Source of the DNA: the human T2T-CHM13v2.0 reference genome, Homo sapiens
NCBI RefSeq assembly: GCF_009914755.1
Contig: NC_060928.1
Strand: one strand, 5' to 3'
Length of the DNA stretch: 64,000 bases
Shown here: positions 1 through 14,460 of the stretch, piece by piece
Layout: each line of letters begins with the position of its first letter
How positions within the stretch are numbered: position 1 is the stretch's first letter
The notes under the pieces: model-generated
What the model was told of the DNA's origin: nothing
Database searches by the model: none
Seen by the model: the letters and a program-made list of their open reading frames with translations, nothing else
Made by a program: the position numbers and the translations under genes

Positions 1-437
1 GAAGAACATATTGGAGGAACTGGAAGGATTTCAGAATGGCCTGAATGTGGAGTGGGAGGAGCAGGGATGGTAAGACATGAGCCTAAAACGATAATCCTAG
101 GCTTGCTAATGAAGGATTGAAGCCCTTTTAAGGGCTTTAGACTCTATCTCATGGAAATAGGAATTACTGTAGAGTTTTGCTCTGGGGAGAGATGTGATTA
201 GATTTGTGGGTTTATAAAGATATCAGTGTTCTGGCCATAGCCTGGATAACAGATTGGATGGGACAAGAGTGAATGATAGTGGTGTTAACCAAGAGGTAGC
301 ACTGGGGTGGAGAAGAGGAGGGATTTGGGAGATATTTAAGAAGTAAGGTCATTAAGACTTGGTAGATAATTGAAGAGGAATCAAGGATGACTTTCAGTTC
401 TGGACTTGGGCCAACTGGGTGAATAGTGATACCATTT

Positions 438-482
438 ACAAACAAACAAACAAACAAACAAACAACAACAACAACAACAAAA
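438..482 (+). repeat. Compound (AAAC)n/(AAC)n microsatellite
   Basis: acaaacaaac... grading into aacaacaac... Confidence 0.95.
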
Positions 483-533
483 TGGAACACAGGAAGAGGA
501 TCGTTTAGAGGAAGGATGATGAAGTAAGTTTTT

Positions 534-2213
<1,680 letters not shown>

Positions 2214-2280
2214 TTAGATGCAGGTACTGAATTGGGTATATTGTGGTAAATCCATGGGCAATACAGAAACTATTTGAGAA

Positions 2281-2420
2281 GTGGCCATGGCCCCCTGATA
2301 TGTGAAATTGAATTAGAGAACTAAGACTTGCACATGCACAGAACAGGGTAGTGGCCATGGCCCCCTGATTTGTGAAACTGAATTAGAGAACTAAGACTTG
2401 CACATGCACAGAACAGGGTA
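2281..2420. repeat. 70-bp tandem duplication (2 copies, 2 mismatches)
   Basis: gtggccatggccccctga...cagaacagggta at 2281-2350 and 2351-2420. Confidence 0.97.
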
Positions 2421-2509
2421 GCTGAGGGCCAGCTTGAGTGATGCAGTAAAGACTTCCAGAGTCTAGAGAAGGAAAATTCAGAACCCTGAGGCAATCAAGG
2501 GTATTTTCA

Positions 2510-3112
2510 ACCAATATGATCCTTCTAAAATTGACCTCCTCACCTTCTCCTGCCTAAAACTCTCAGTGGTCCCTCATTGATCTGAGGCCGAGGTCCAAAT
2601 TCCTTAGCTTGTTTGCCAAGACCCATTCTAATCTAGTTTCTTCCCAACTCTCCAACTCTCCATTTTCTCAGCTCTCACTTCCCACTCTTTCCTCTCTCTA
2701 ATTTTCCAGTCTGGCAGCTTCTTGTTGTTGCTGCCCCTGGCCCCAATTTGAGGCTGCTTCTTCCTCAGTGTCTGTTGCTACTTGGCTCCTGCACTAGATT
2801 GCTGGCCTGCTCATCCTTACTGTGTCTGACTGGCAGCTCTGATTGATCTTCAAACAAAACTTTGCCCAGGTTGTTTTCCATGCAGTACTTTTCCCCCACC
2901 CTTAAAGATAGCATCAATCTCTCCTTGCTCTTCCTCTCTACCTTGTACTTACTTCTGTGACTGCATGTAATGCTGGTTTTTTTGTTTCTGTTTCTGTCAT
3001 ACCTTCCGGTTTTAAGCTCCTTATTAACGGTGATTTTTTAAAAATTATGTACTCAGTATCTGATATAGCGTTTGGCACATACAAAATGCTTAGTAAATTC
3101 TGAGCTGGAATG
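2510..3112 (+). mobile_element. L2 LINE 3' fragment
   Basis: Pyrimidine-rich L2 text ending in tggcacatacaaaatgcttagtaaattctgagctggaatga, resembling the L2 3' end. Confidence 0.65.
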
Positions 3113-5792
3113 ACTACTTTAAACTTCAGGTATAAATATAGGGTAGATTATAGGAATATAGGAACTAACAACTGCATTTGTGTGTGTTTAATGGCTTTAA
3201 TAGTACTGATCACAAAGTCAGCACCACATACTTATTGCTAGCAATACTGATATTAATTGAGTCTAGTCAGATCAGAACGTGCACACTTTTTAGGCGCCCT
3301 TGCCTCCAGAATCAACTTTTTCCCCCCATTTTTCTTTCTCAAAAAGTTGAAATTGTGCGAGTTGTAACCACCTTCAAAAGCCGGTTCAACTTAATATTCA
3401 ATTATTCATTAACCCCATTCATGCATAGTCAGTTATTGAATGTCTACCCCAATCCAGGCACTAAGGATTTGGGGACAGACTTGGCCCTATCCTCATGAAG
3501 CTTATAGAGAAACACTCTAAGTTTCTAAGAAAGAGTTATTAGAGAGAAAAGGGTAAAGTCATGGAACTAAGAGTTGAAAGGTAAAAAGCAGTCCCAAAGA
3601 TAAAAACAAATCAGTGTTCTTAGGTCTCCTAGAAATTGCTCTTTTATTTAACTATAGCTAAAAAGTCATAACTTGTAGCAGGGAAAGCCCAAATATAAAA
3701 TTGGAAAAAGAGCAAACTTGAGAAAGAGTTTGCCTGATGCTTTACTGTTAATAGCTATTATTTCCACTAGCCATCAAGCTGTAGCACCAAATAAACCAAG
3801 TTCTTGGTTCTGATATTTTCTGACTTCTTTCAGGTATTATTAACACATGAACTAAAAATTATATTTTTTCTTAAGATATGAACATTTTGAAAGATTTGCC
3901 ACATTCTCATCTGCTTTCATTGTGCCTTGGGGGAAATATTTTTTCAGAGGAAAATAATTCTTCTCAGCATTAAAATTCTGGTTCTGAGAGATATATACAC
4001 ACATATGTATATATGCACATATATGTATATTTAATCACATGTGATTTGAGATTTGATATAGAAGTTTAAATTTATAGGAAACCTCTTGTCGACTAGATAT
4101 ATTTGATCCAGGCAGGCACAGATCTACAGTATTAGTCTTTTCCTTTCAGCACAGCTTTCCTTGAGACTCCTCCACCCCATCTAAACTCTTTATTCTTCTT
4201 TTGTCCTCCTCCTCTTGATTCTCACCCATAACTATAGAGTTATACTATTTCTTTGGATAGCAAGTGAGGAATGTGTTTGCTTCTTTATGATTATAGAGGA
4301 ATTATGTAGTCCAGTGGGAGGAATGACTATTGTGTTAAAAATGCCTGTGCTAAGTCTTCATAATAAAAGCAGCGTGGGCAGAAGCCAAAACTGCTCCACA
4401 TTGTTGAAACCTCAATTTGTGCCACTTGGAGAAGAAGATGATATGTTAGTGTTAGGAGGGTGTGTGTCTCTCCGAGTGATTTTACAGGGCTGTAATCTAT
4501 GGCTGTGCAAAGAACACTGGAGCATTTGAGCATCGTGCCAGGTAGCCCAGTGGTGTTAAGTGACTGGTAGCATACAATCAAGTGGGAAGAAAAAAGAAGT
4601 CAGTTATTAATGAATTATTCAGGCATGTATCCTACAAGACTGGGAAAATCTGAAATTATTTTTGCCAGCATTAACTAGAGTTCTAAATCAAGATCTGGGT
4701 AATAGCGTCTGCATGGATTTAAGTAGTTGCTGATAAGTAGGTACCTGGGACCATCTCCATGGGGATAGTTTGTTTCATTAAATGAACTCACTAAACAAGC
4801 TGTTAAAACCCTTCTTTATTTCAGTATGGTCCCAGTCTTAGCCTGTAAATGTTAAAATTCCTTTGTTTTCTCTTACTGTGTGTGGTTGAGGTCTGTAAGG
4901 CTGGTGTCCTGTCAGTGCTGATTTGTGTTTTTTGGTGTTTTATTTTTATTTTTTGCCAGGAACCTGGTTCTTGTATAAACCAGGGCCCCCCTGCAGAGGA
5001 TTTAGAAGTCAGGAAGGGCAGCCAGTACTATTGACTTTTACTTCAGGTTTGGCTAAAAAAATAACCACATTCCTATTTCAATTGAGAATTAGCTTAGTGT
5101 TTATACAAGGAATCAGGTCATTGTTTGGTGGTCCATAATATGCCCTTTCTTAAAAGAAAAAGCAAAAACAAAACCAAAAAACTATCTCTAGCAATCTAAG
5201 CAATAGCACCACATATTCAGAGCTTTCAGTCCAGCAATGCAGTGCTCATCATAAGCCCATAGTGAATAGTTACAAAATGAATGCATGAATGACATCTCAA
5301 TTTAAATATTACAGAATTGTAAGCACCTTTTTTGACTAAGTCAAGGAGACACACAACTGGAGGAAAAGGAGTGTCAGGAGATGCAAGGGAGAGGAGTAAT
5401 GGCAGATCACTCTGGTTGTTCAGGAGACAGGAGGGGATAGATGGAGAGCAGATGCAGAGAGATTTTCCTGGGACAGGAGGAGGAATGTCCTTTTCACTAA
5501 GAAAGAACAAAGAAAGGATGGTGGTAGGTTCAGAAGAGTTTGGGTGTTTTTCACATGACCCTGAAAAGTTTGTAGAGGGTTACTGAAGATGGGAAGGGCC
5601 ACTCAGTGGAGTGGGAGGGTTTCTAGTGTGGTTTGGCTCACCTAGGGGAGATACTAGGGCCTGCATGGAAGGAATGGTTCTGCGTGTTTACATGTTTAGA
5701 GGAGCTGTCTGCTGGCCCACGCCACACTTGGTTCTCTCTAGCTCCTCAGTTTCTGACTTCTCAGCCCTCCTTTCATATATAAGTTCAGCCAA

Positions 5793-5892
5793 ACTTGAAC
5801 CCAGGAGGCGGAAGTTGCAGTGAGCTGAGATCACGCCACTGCACTCCAGCCTGGGCAACAGAGCGAGACTCTGCCTCAAAAAAGAAAAGAAA
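5793..5892 (+). mobile_element. 5'-truncated Alu (right-arm 3' end)
   Basis: cttgaacccaggaggcggaagttgcagtgagctgagatcacgccactgcactccagcctgggcaacagagcgagactc followed by an A-rich tail. Confidence 0.95.
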
Positions 5893-5900
5893 TGCATGCC

Positions 5901-6470
5901 CAGATTTGGAAGCAATCTAAGTGTCCATCAACAGATGAATGGATACATAAAATTGGTACTTATACAAAGTGGAGTACTAACTATTTGGCCATAAGAATGA
6001 GATTCGGTCATTTGCAACAACATGTATGGAACTGGAGGTCATTATGCGGTGTAAAATAATCTAGGCACAGAAAGACAAACATTGCATGTTCTCACTTATT
6101 TCTGGGACCTAAAAATCAAATCAAAACAATTGAACTCATGGAGATAGAAAGTAGAAGGATGTTTACCAGAGGCTGGGAAGGGTAGTGGGGTGGGAGGGAG
6201 GTAGGGAAGGTTAATGAGTACAAAAAGTTAGAATGAATGAATAAGGCCTGGTATTTGTTAGCACAATAGAGTCACTATGGTTTATAATAATTTAATTGTG
6301 CATCTTAAAATAACTAAAAAAAAAAATTAGATTGTGTGTAATATAAAGGATAAATGTTTGAGGGAACAGATACCCCATTTTCCATGCTGTGATTATTACA
6401 CATTGCCTGCCTGTATCAAAACATCTCATGTACCCCATAAATATATATACCTACTATATACCCACAAAAT
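5901..6470 (+). mobile_element. L1MA-type 3' end (L1MA1-4-like)
   Basis: ttggaagcaatctaagtgtccatcaacagatgaatggata ... catctcatgtaccccataaatatatatacctactatatacccacaaaa. Confidence 0.85.
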
Positions 6471-6756
6471 GTTTTTAATGTGTATTTTCCTAAAAAATAT
6501 GCCTGTGCAAGATAAGCAACGTAAACAAAATGACGAGGCCAACCTAGGGCTAAAGGTCTGAAGACACATATGTTTCTGTTGTCATCACTGATCAAGTGAG
6601 TCACTTAATTTTGCTCTTTCTTTTAAAGCACAAAGGAATCACGGGCTTTGAAAGGATCTTTTGGGTCATCACCTAATCCAAACATTTTACTTGACTGTGA
6701 ATCCTCAGTATATACCTATGGTTTTAAGAAAGGTGAGGGAGCTGAGATGGACTAGG

Positions 6757-6959
6757 TTTTTTTTTTTTGTTTTTTTTTTTGAGATGGACTCTCGCACTGT
6801 CGCCCAGGCTGGTGTGCAGTGGCCTGATCTCGGCTCACTGCAAGCTCCACCTCCCGGGTCATGCCATTCTCCTGCCTCAGCCTCCCGAGTAGCTGGGACT
6901 TCAGGCGCCCACCACCATGCCTGGCTAATTTTTTTGTATTTTTGTAGAGGTGGGGTTTC
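6757..6959 (-). mobile_element. 5'-truncated AluY-like element
   Basis: Poly-T then gagatggactctcgcactgtcgcccaggctgg; Y-type motifs ctgcaagctcc and gccattctcc. Confidence 0.93.
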
Positions 6960-7529
6960 GAGACGGGCTATTAACAGTAGTATACAAAAACATGAAATGG
7001 GTCAGAGAAGGCCAACTCTGCTTCCTCCCACTGTTTTGAGCCTTATCGGGATTTGTGTTCATCTGACACTTCTTCTGCATCTCTTTAAATGTGCCTCAGG
7101 ACCTCCTCTTGGTGCAGATTTTGGCCGTAGAGGTTTTTTTTCTTCATCTGCTGTCCATTTACTCAAGTTTATTTTCCTGTCACTTGTCTCTTCCTCTCAT
7201 GTCAATGAGATATCACTGTGGCTTCTAAGTACTGGGCCTGTAATCACATCATTTTTACTTGTAGGATTAGTTTTGGTTTCTGGAAAGTCATTGATCCATT
7301 ATCTGGCAATGAGAGAAGAAAAGTGGAAAGCCTGAGAAACTCAAAAGAAAATTGCTGTTCTCTTTTCTTTCTCCTGCCTGAATCACTCCTTTCATGATAG
7401 ATAACCCAAAAAGTGTTTCTGTGAGATGTTTTCTGTGCTGTGGTTTTACCTATGGATTTAAAGCTTCCAGTAACCTGGATCTGTGTGTAATTTATCAATT
7501 ATAATATCATATTGGTAAATAATAATTTT

Positions 7530-7725
7530 AATATCCTAGGTATGGTATTAGGTACTATATATGCATTATCTCATTTAATTTTCAAAACAGCCTGATGCAG
7601 TAGGTGCTGTTATTTATCCCTACTTTACAAACAAAAAGTCTGAGGTTTGAAAGTTAAACTACTTACTGGCAGCCATCTATCCTTAAGTGATGTGGGTGAG
7701 ATTTGAACCCTCATGCCTGACTAAG
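7530..7725 (-). mobile_element. MIR SINE
   Basis: attatctcatttaattttcaaaacagcc...tttacaaacaaaaagtctgagg...gatttgaaccc (antisense MIR core). Confidence 0.75.
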
Positions 7726-8522
7726 CTCAGAAGTCTAACAATAATGTTCTTATTTTATTTTATTTTATTATTTTTTTAAAATCCGAATCCTGACAGTCTC
7801 AAAGGACAATTGCATGCTGGTAGGGTTTAATTGTAGGAAATTGTTATATCATCAGCAATGTCATGGGGCTGACTGTGTATTTGAGATATACAGTAACAAA
7901 CCATATTACAAAAGAGAGATAAGCCAAAAACTTCCCCCTGCACTTGCAAATTAAAAAGAAATTTTGATTGACCTTGCTGATGCCTTTCTGAAGTAGTATT
8001 TATTTCTAAAACTCTTGCCGTCATAGTCAGTCTTCCTCTTTCCTTCTTGCATCTTTTCTTTTTCTCCTTTTAATTTTCTCTTTTTCCTGCCTCTGTGTTC
8101 CTTCTCCTTTCAGAAAATCTCCCAGTATATCCTCCTAGTAGGAGTTTCAGGTGCATGCATGAATTATTTATTGCTACTGGCCTGTGTTTCTGCAGTGGAT
8201 TTGTGGAGAACTTTCTCATAGGGACATCATTTGAAATTATTAATGACAGTTACAAACTGATCTGCAGAGAAAGCATGGAAATACTTGGGCTGTTTCTTGC
8301 AAAATTCAGGATATTTATGTAAGCATAAGAGGGATGGAGGAAAGGCATTTCAGGAGACACTCACATTCCTAAATGGGTTCACTCATGTCAGGAGTCTAGG
8401 TCATGTGCAATAATTTCATCATGAGTGCTAGAAGAGTTTTTTATTTGGAGTATGCTAAGGATAGAAGTTTCCATTTTGTTTTTCTCCATATTGTCCATTC
8501 CAACAAGATAATATCTCAAGTA

Positions 8523-8618
8523 CAGCACTACTGCACATGGTTGGGCAGATTGTACACTGTACAACTCTAGGGGGTGTCATTTACATTTCCACACAACTGT
8601 ATGTGGAAGTCCGGACTG
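8523..8618. mobile_element. MER91-like hAT DNA transposon remnant
   Basis: gttgggcagattgtacactgtacaactctagggggtgtcatttacat resembles the recalled MER91 core. Confidence 0.55.
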
Positions 8619-8626
8619 AGGGTATA

Positions 8627-9277
8627 CCGTCAATTCTCATTATTTGCAATAGTCATGTTCTATAAAGTTGCCACGAACACTGAATTAACAAATACCGAAC
8701 TGTTGCTCCTAAGGGAAATATAAGTTTAGGATCCTCCTGTGAGCCTCTGATCTCAACATTTCCATCAGCTGATCGATACCTAACTGTGTTTTATGTGTGC
8801 TTTTGCTTTAAGACACCTTACTTAATATATATTGTTGATTCACACCTTTGAACTCATGGCTAACAGCACTATAACTCATGGCTGAGTGAAGCATATCTAA
8901 CACATGTGTTTTTTCTGTAAGACATATCACAGCTTTGCACTTAGGAACAGTAGACAGCACTGCAGCACTGTGTGCATGGGTCATTTTAAGAGTGAAGTCA
9001 CACAAAAAGCACAACATTGTGAAAAACAGGACACTAAATAGACTGTGAAAAGGACACTTGTCTACAGTATGGGAGCTGAAACAGGAGAACAGAGTGTTGC
9101 CTTGTTTGACCTCTGCTGGGAATGTGTGCATTTGGGTGACTCAACGATTTTGCTGCTCTGTGCATGTCCATCAATGACCGTGAAAGCATTATAAATATTA
9201 ATTTGGGGCTTACAAATAAATTGTGGCCACTAGGAGAATTCTCAATTACGGAATCCATGCATAATGAGGATCAACTG
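8627..9277 (-). mobile_element. Full-length MER82 (TcMar-Tigger) non-autonomous DNA transposon
   Basis: TIRs ccgtcaattctcattattt / ataatgaggatcaactg; TA TSDs at 8625-8626 and 9278-9279; 651 bp. ORF 8808-9131 retains a Tigger transposase N-terminal HTH remnant (VLSTVPKCKAVICLTEKTHVLDMLHSAMSYSAVSHEF). Confidence 0.9.
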
Positions 9278-9354
9278 TATACTTTTTAAACTAATAACTT
9301 GGGGCATGCAAGGGGAGGTATTGGGCTGAGACTGATAATAAGGAAAATAGGATT

Positions 9355-9525
9355 ATAACACTTTAGAGTTGGAAGCAACTTTAGACAGCACGCAGTCTAA
9401 TCTCTCCAGTTCTTGAATGAGGAAGAGGCTCAAAGAGATTATGGGACATGTCGAAGGCCACACAGTTAATGAATGACAGAGCAGATGTTTGAGCCAGAGT
9501 TCAGGAGAACCCAAGTCTTGGACAT
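9355..9525 (-). mobile_element. MIR3-type SINE
   Basis: tttagagttggaagcaactttagac...gatgaggaa-like core...aaggccacacagttaatgaatgacagagc. Confidence 0.65.
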
Positions 9526-10534
9526 ACCACCCTGATGTCTTGCTCTTTTGTGTGCCATTGGGAGAGTTCCCACAGGACTTCTTAGAGCTGCTGTGCTGAC
9601 ACTGAAGCACAGTGGAGATGATGACACTAAATAGCTCTTCCAGTGTGAGCTTCCCCACCCTATCAGTTTAATTCCTCATGCCAGAAGTACTTTTGGCATA
9701 CCTACTGTGCGCCAGCACCGTGCTCGGTTTTGGGATACAGGGGTGAATGAGACTTCATGAGAAGTCTTCACAGTGGAGTGGGCACCAGCACACACAGGGC
9801 CTGAGGCCACTGGCACTGCACCATCTGAAACAAATCCCTCCTCAGCAAGAAAAGCTCTGGAAAGGAAATAGATTTAATGCTACATCTCAAAATCCTGACC
9901 TAAGAATCACCCACCTGGGTGTGTTTTTTACTGAACCTAAACAGGGCTGGGCAATACTTACATGGCTTTCATAGTCCTTTGATTCAGTTTTTTCCTTCAG
10001 GTAAGGAAAAGATGCAAACCTTATAAGAGTCTAATGCCAGCTCCTACATGATCATAGTCAATTGTCCAGAGGCTCTTTATAGACTCTGTTGGTTCCAGGG
10101 AATTATTTGAATAATTCTTGTTAAATGTTAAGTAAAGTAACTTCTTTAATCATATATGTATATTTCTGTGTTGGTGTGTGTATATAAATATGTATACATA
10201 TATATTTTTTCTCTTAGGCATAATGAAGGAAAGAGAATGATTGTATCACTTTTCTGTTGAAGATTATAGATTTTTTATTTTTTAAAAAATGCCATCTTAA
10301 TTATGTTAATAATATCATAGATTATTCATTTATGAATGATAATAGTGCTGTCTCTCAGAAATGGATGTGATTGACAAGGGAAGGTTCAAGTACTGTCTGG
10401 GGAGGCTGGATTGAGCCCCAAAGGGGCCCCACATCTGGTAAGTCATCTTGGCATTGTTGGGTGTCTCTTCACTTACTCTGTGAAGGAGAGATGAATTTGA
10501 GCATCTGAATTTGGGTGTGTGTGTGTGGCAATGT

Positions 10535-10765
10535 GAGTCATGGTTAATAGTACGTGCTTTGGAGTTAGGATGCACTGGGTTCTAAGCCTGTCTCTGTGTC
10601 ACCTTGGACACATTACTAAGGCTCTCTATGCTTCTGAATTCTTATCTGTTAAATGGGGATGTTAACATGGAGCTTGCCAGATTGCTTTAAGAGTTAATAT
10701 AGGCAATAGTATGAAATGCTTAGTGCAGTGCCTGGCACATACAGAAGGCCGGATGAATGGTATTT
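10535..10765 (+). mobile_element. MIR SINE
   Basis: ggttaatagtacgtgctttggagtta...atctgttaaatgggga...gcttagtgcagtgcctggcacata. Confidence 0.8.
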
Positions 10766-11389
10766 ATTGGTAGTAGCAAGTGGGCAATAGGTTCATGTTA
10801 TTAGTGGTCGGGTGCACCCAGTGTGCACTGGTTTAATCTGAGATGCGAGCTTCCAACTCTGGACTCCCCTACCAGGAGCTTGTCTTTCTTCTGCAGGTGG
10901 TTTCAGGCCGAAGGGTGGGTCTGCCTCCAATCCCTTGCCTGCAGAAAGCTTCATATCCAGTGGCATTGGAGGCTCTGGTGCCAAATTGCCCATCACGTAA
11001 TTTTTGCAGTTGCTCTCATTTTGAGTAGTGATAGTGATCATCTAGTAAACAGTACTTTAGTTCATAGTCCTATTTCACCCAAATGTGGAGCTTAGCTAAG
11101 AAAAGTAAGGAAGGCCATAGAAGCATTTAGGTCCAGGGTGAGAACTCAGTTGTTTCTGGAGGACTAGGCCTAATGCCAATATCTGGTGAGGATGTGGTCA
11201 GAAGATCAGGGAAAAGTAACCTAGGGATCAGCGATATTACTGATAAGCCTGGACTTTCATCCAGGATATGTGTAGAGAAATATATCTGGAGGGTTATGCA
11301 ATTTCTCTTAACTATATATTATTGCTGCTTGTTTTCATAATAGCGACGGCTTTTCCAGCCTTGATAAGAAGATCACAACTATTATATAA

Positions 11390-11630
11390 TAATTCCCTGC
11401 CACTTACCATTGTGTGTTCCTGGACAAGTGACTTAATCTCTCAGTCTCAGTTTCTGTGACTATAAATGATAGGTACTTCAGTATCTCTCCCCTAGGGTTG
11501 TTTGAGAATTAAATGAGATAAATCTGTGCATGAGAACATGAATGCATATGAGATAAGGTGGGCCCCTCACTTAGCACAATGCTTGCCTTCTATCAGAGTA
11601 AGCATTTGACAAATGTTAGCTGACATTATA
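11390..11630 (+). mobile_element. MIR SINE
   Basis: ctgccacttacc...ggacaagtgacttaatctctcagtctcagtttc...gggttgtttgagaattaaatgagataa. Confidence 0.8.
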
Positions 11631-12819
11631 TAAGTTGCTATTATACTGTAGCTTTAATTTTTTTTAAAGTTGATCTTCCTTAGTCTTAAATTAGTGAACA
11701 TTTATTGAATCCTGAAGATCTCTCTAAGTTCTGGCACCTGGGATTAATAAGCACTTCTCTTGCGTGTGTGTACATGTGCTCACAAGCATGTGCAATGCAG
11801 ATCTGCACATCTGTGTATTTAAATTAGAATGATCCAGCTTACTGAGAGCTCACAACTTTGGGCTCATAGACTTGCCTCATTTGGGAATATCCTATCACAT
11901 TATTTGGAGGTAAGTGTTCAGCCCCTTCTGAAATAATATGCTGCCTGAACTCAGTCAGGCAGTCACTAATGGTGGGGTAGTACAGCGCCAGCCTTGGGCA
12001 GGCTGACAGGCAGCTTTTGACATTATGGGCTGAGGAACAGGACCTTGGGATGTGACAGTATAAGAAGCAAGGATACAGAGGAATAAAGAAACTGGGGCAT
12101 AGCCAAAAAATGAACCTTAGCAGACTATTGATTGAGCAGGGAAAATTTGATGGGGTATATGATAAAATCATTCTCCAAAGTTTTTCTCCAATGTTATATT
12201 TGGGCTTTCCCTCCTACAAATTATGACTTTTTAGCTATTGTTAAGTATAAAACAGCAATTTGCAGGAGACCTAAGAACATTGATTCGTTTTCATCTTTGG
12301 GACTCCTTTTTATCTTTCAACTCTTACTTCCACCGGTTTACCCTTTTCTCTCTAATAACTCTTTCTTAGAATCTGAAATACCCCAAATATAGCCAGTACT
12401 CCACAGTGGGATACTTCATTAGTGGAAAAGAGTCTGGGTTATAGAATATTGAGAATGTGCTAAGCACTGAATTTTGCATTAGCATAAATAGGATAATTTC
12501 TTTAAGATTTAAAAAAAGACTGTGAACAATATTATTAGCATTTGTGTGAAAAAATATAAAACAGAAGGTTGAATTATGCTAAATAGTGCATCAATTCTCC
12601 TGCCTCCGTTTAGCTTACCTGGTTGTCAGAAGTTATTACTTAAATTATTTGGGCTACTGGCTGAGACTTGCTATCTAGAGATATTGGTGAACTATATTGT
12701 TATAATTGGATTTGACCTTCAGCCCCCTTTAATTCATTTATTTGGTAACTTTTTTTTTGATTAAGGGAAAAGCCCCAACTTAGCTGAACTTTTTGTGCAT
12801 TACATTTCCTTTTAAATGT

Positions 12820-13135
12820 TTCCTTTTTATTATGGGAAATTTCAAACAAATATAAAAGAATAGTGTAATGAACCCCCATGAATTATCACTATCTATCAAT
12901 TCATGGCCAGTTTATTTAATCTGCACACGTACTTTCTTTGAAATAAATCCTAATAATATCACTTCATCAGTAAACATTTTAGTATGTATACATAAATGAT
13001 AGTGACCTTAAAAATATACCCAAGAGAACATTATTACATCTAACAAATAATTAATCTTTCCTTAATAACCACATATATTTAGTCACATTCAAATTTCTAA
13101 CTGTCTGTTTTTTTCTTAGTTTGTTTGTAAGGATT
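12820..13135 (-). mobile_element. Old L1M 3' end (L1MC5-like)
   Basis: tttattatgggaaatttcaaac...agaatagtgtaatgaacccccatg...aattcatggccagttt. Confidence 0.65.
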
Positions 13136-13204
13136 GGTTCCATTTTATTTATGTCTAATAAACTTCTTTCTGAAGTTGCACTTTTATTTTAGATCTCTAG
13201 TTCA

Positions 13205-13348
13205 GATGCCCTGAATGTGAACTGGATTAGTTTTCTAGTTCCTCCAGGAACTTGTTGTATGACCATGTGCAAATTATTTCACCTCTGAACCACAGTTTCT
13301 TAATTTGTAAAATGATAATGCTGAGCTAGAAGATCTTTAAAATCATCT
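13205..13348 (+). mobile_element. MIR3 SINE whose 3' terminus is interrupted by an L1PB1 fragment
   Basis: acctctgaaccacagtttcttaatttgtaaaatg...ctagaagatctttaaaatc; tail-like aaattttgtg resumes at 13661. Confidence 0.6.
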
Positions 13349-13659
13349 ACAATTGCAAAATCGTGGAACCAACCCAAGTGCCCATCAATCAATGAGTGGA
13401 TAAAGAAACTGTGGTATATATATGTGTATACGCATATACATATGTGTATATGTATATACGTATATACATATGTGTATATGTATATGCATATACATATGTG
13501 TATATGTATATACGTGTGTGTATATGTATATACGTGTGTGTATATGTATATACGTGTGTGTATATGTATATACGTGTGTGTATATATGTCTCATGTATAT
13601 ATATGATGGAATACTACTCAGCCATAAAAAGGAATGAATTAACAGCATTTTCAGTGACC
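13349..13659 (+). mobile_element. Internal L1PB1 fragment without 3' end or poly(A), carrying an expanded TA-rich repeat
   Basis: Near-identical to 14509-14642 apart from the central repeat. Confidence 0.9.
13415..13605. repeat. Alternating purine/pyrimidine (TA/TG/CA) minisatellite
   Basis: Units such as tatatgtatatacgtgtgtg repeated. It generates the spurious VYMYIRVCI ORFs. Confidence 0.95.
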
Positions 13660-13853
13660 CAAATTTTGTGGTGATATAAACTACTAGCAAAAAAGAGGAT
13701 ATTTTGACATTTTTCTTTTGAGAGAGGAAATGGCTTTTAGAAGAGTCACAAGTCAGAACCAATGATAAAAGGTGGGTGATGGGCTGGGAGATTCTTTCTG
13801 ACTTTTTTGGAAGACATTCTACTCTCATAGAAGTTGAAATTTGGCTTATTACT

Positions 13854-14070
13854 TCTTTTTTATTATACTTTAAATTCTGGGGTACATGTGCAGAATGTGC
13901 AGGTTTGTTACATAGGTATACATGTGCCATGGTGGTTTGCTGCACCCATCAACCCGTCATCTACATTAGGTATTTCTCCTAATGCTATCTCTCCCCTAGC
14001 CCCCAACCCCCTGACAGGCGCCAGTGTGTGATGTTCCCCTCCCTGTGTCCATGTGTTCTCATTGTTCAAC
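13854..14070 (-). mobile_element. Severely 5'-truncated L1PA (L1PA7-like) 3' UTR
   Basis: ttattatactttaaattctggggtacatgtgcagaatgtgcagg...; 14-bp TSD tttggcttattact at 13840-13853 and 14071-14084. Confidence 0.93.
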
Positions 14071-14460
14071 TTTGGCTTATTACTCCTAGCATACACAAAC
14101 TATCCTTGTCACCTTTATTTTAACTGAATATGGTCTAGGGATAAATTGAAGTGGGTTATGAAAAGAATGTTTATTTGAGATTTCATTTTAAATACTTGTT
14201 AAGTGGGGGAGTTCTCTTTTGACAATGGCAGACTATGTTATTTTGAACCAACTCTCCCACTAAAAACAACTAGAAAATATGGAGAAAATATGAAAAATCT
14301 TCTGCTTAAAGGCATAAGAAAGTTATTAAGGTAGTAAGAAATCACTGGATCAAGATCCAGGAGAGGAAAGGTCCAAAAGCAGTGGTTGAGAGGCTCAGAA
14401 ACTGAGCATAGCTTTTAGTACAATAATGGGGCTGATGGAGGATCATAATGGGGCTAGGTA

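Noticed and set aside
2281-2420. CRISPR-like array
   Set aside because: Two adjacent copies with no spacers, in eukaryotic DNA, and no cas genes
6661-7335. 224-aa plus-strand ORF
   Set aside because: It runs through an antisense Alu ([14 protein letters not shown]), has a non-ATG start and shows no recognisable domain
8808-9131. Tigger transposase-like ORF as a domesticated gene
   Set aside because: Only a degenerate N-terminal HTH remnant inherent to MER82; no DDE domain
13385-13945. Tyr/His/Ile-rich ORFs on both strands
   Set aside because: Artefacts of the stop-free TA/TG/CA repeat
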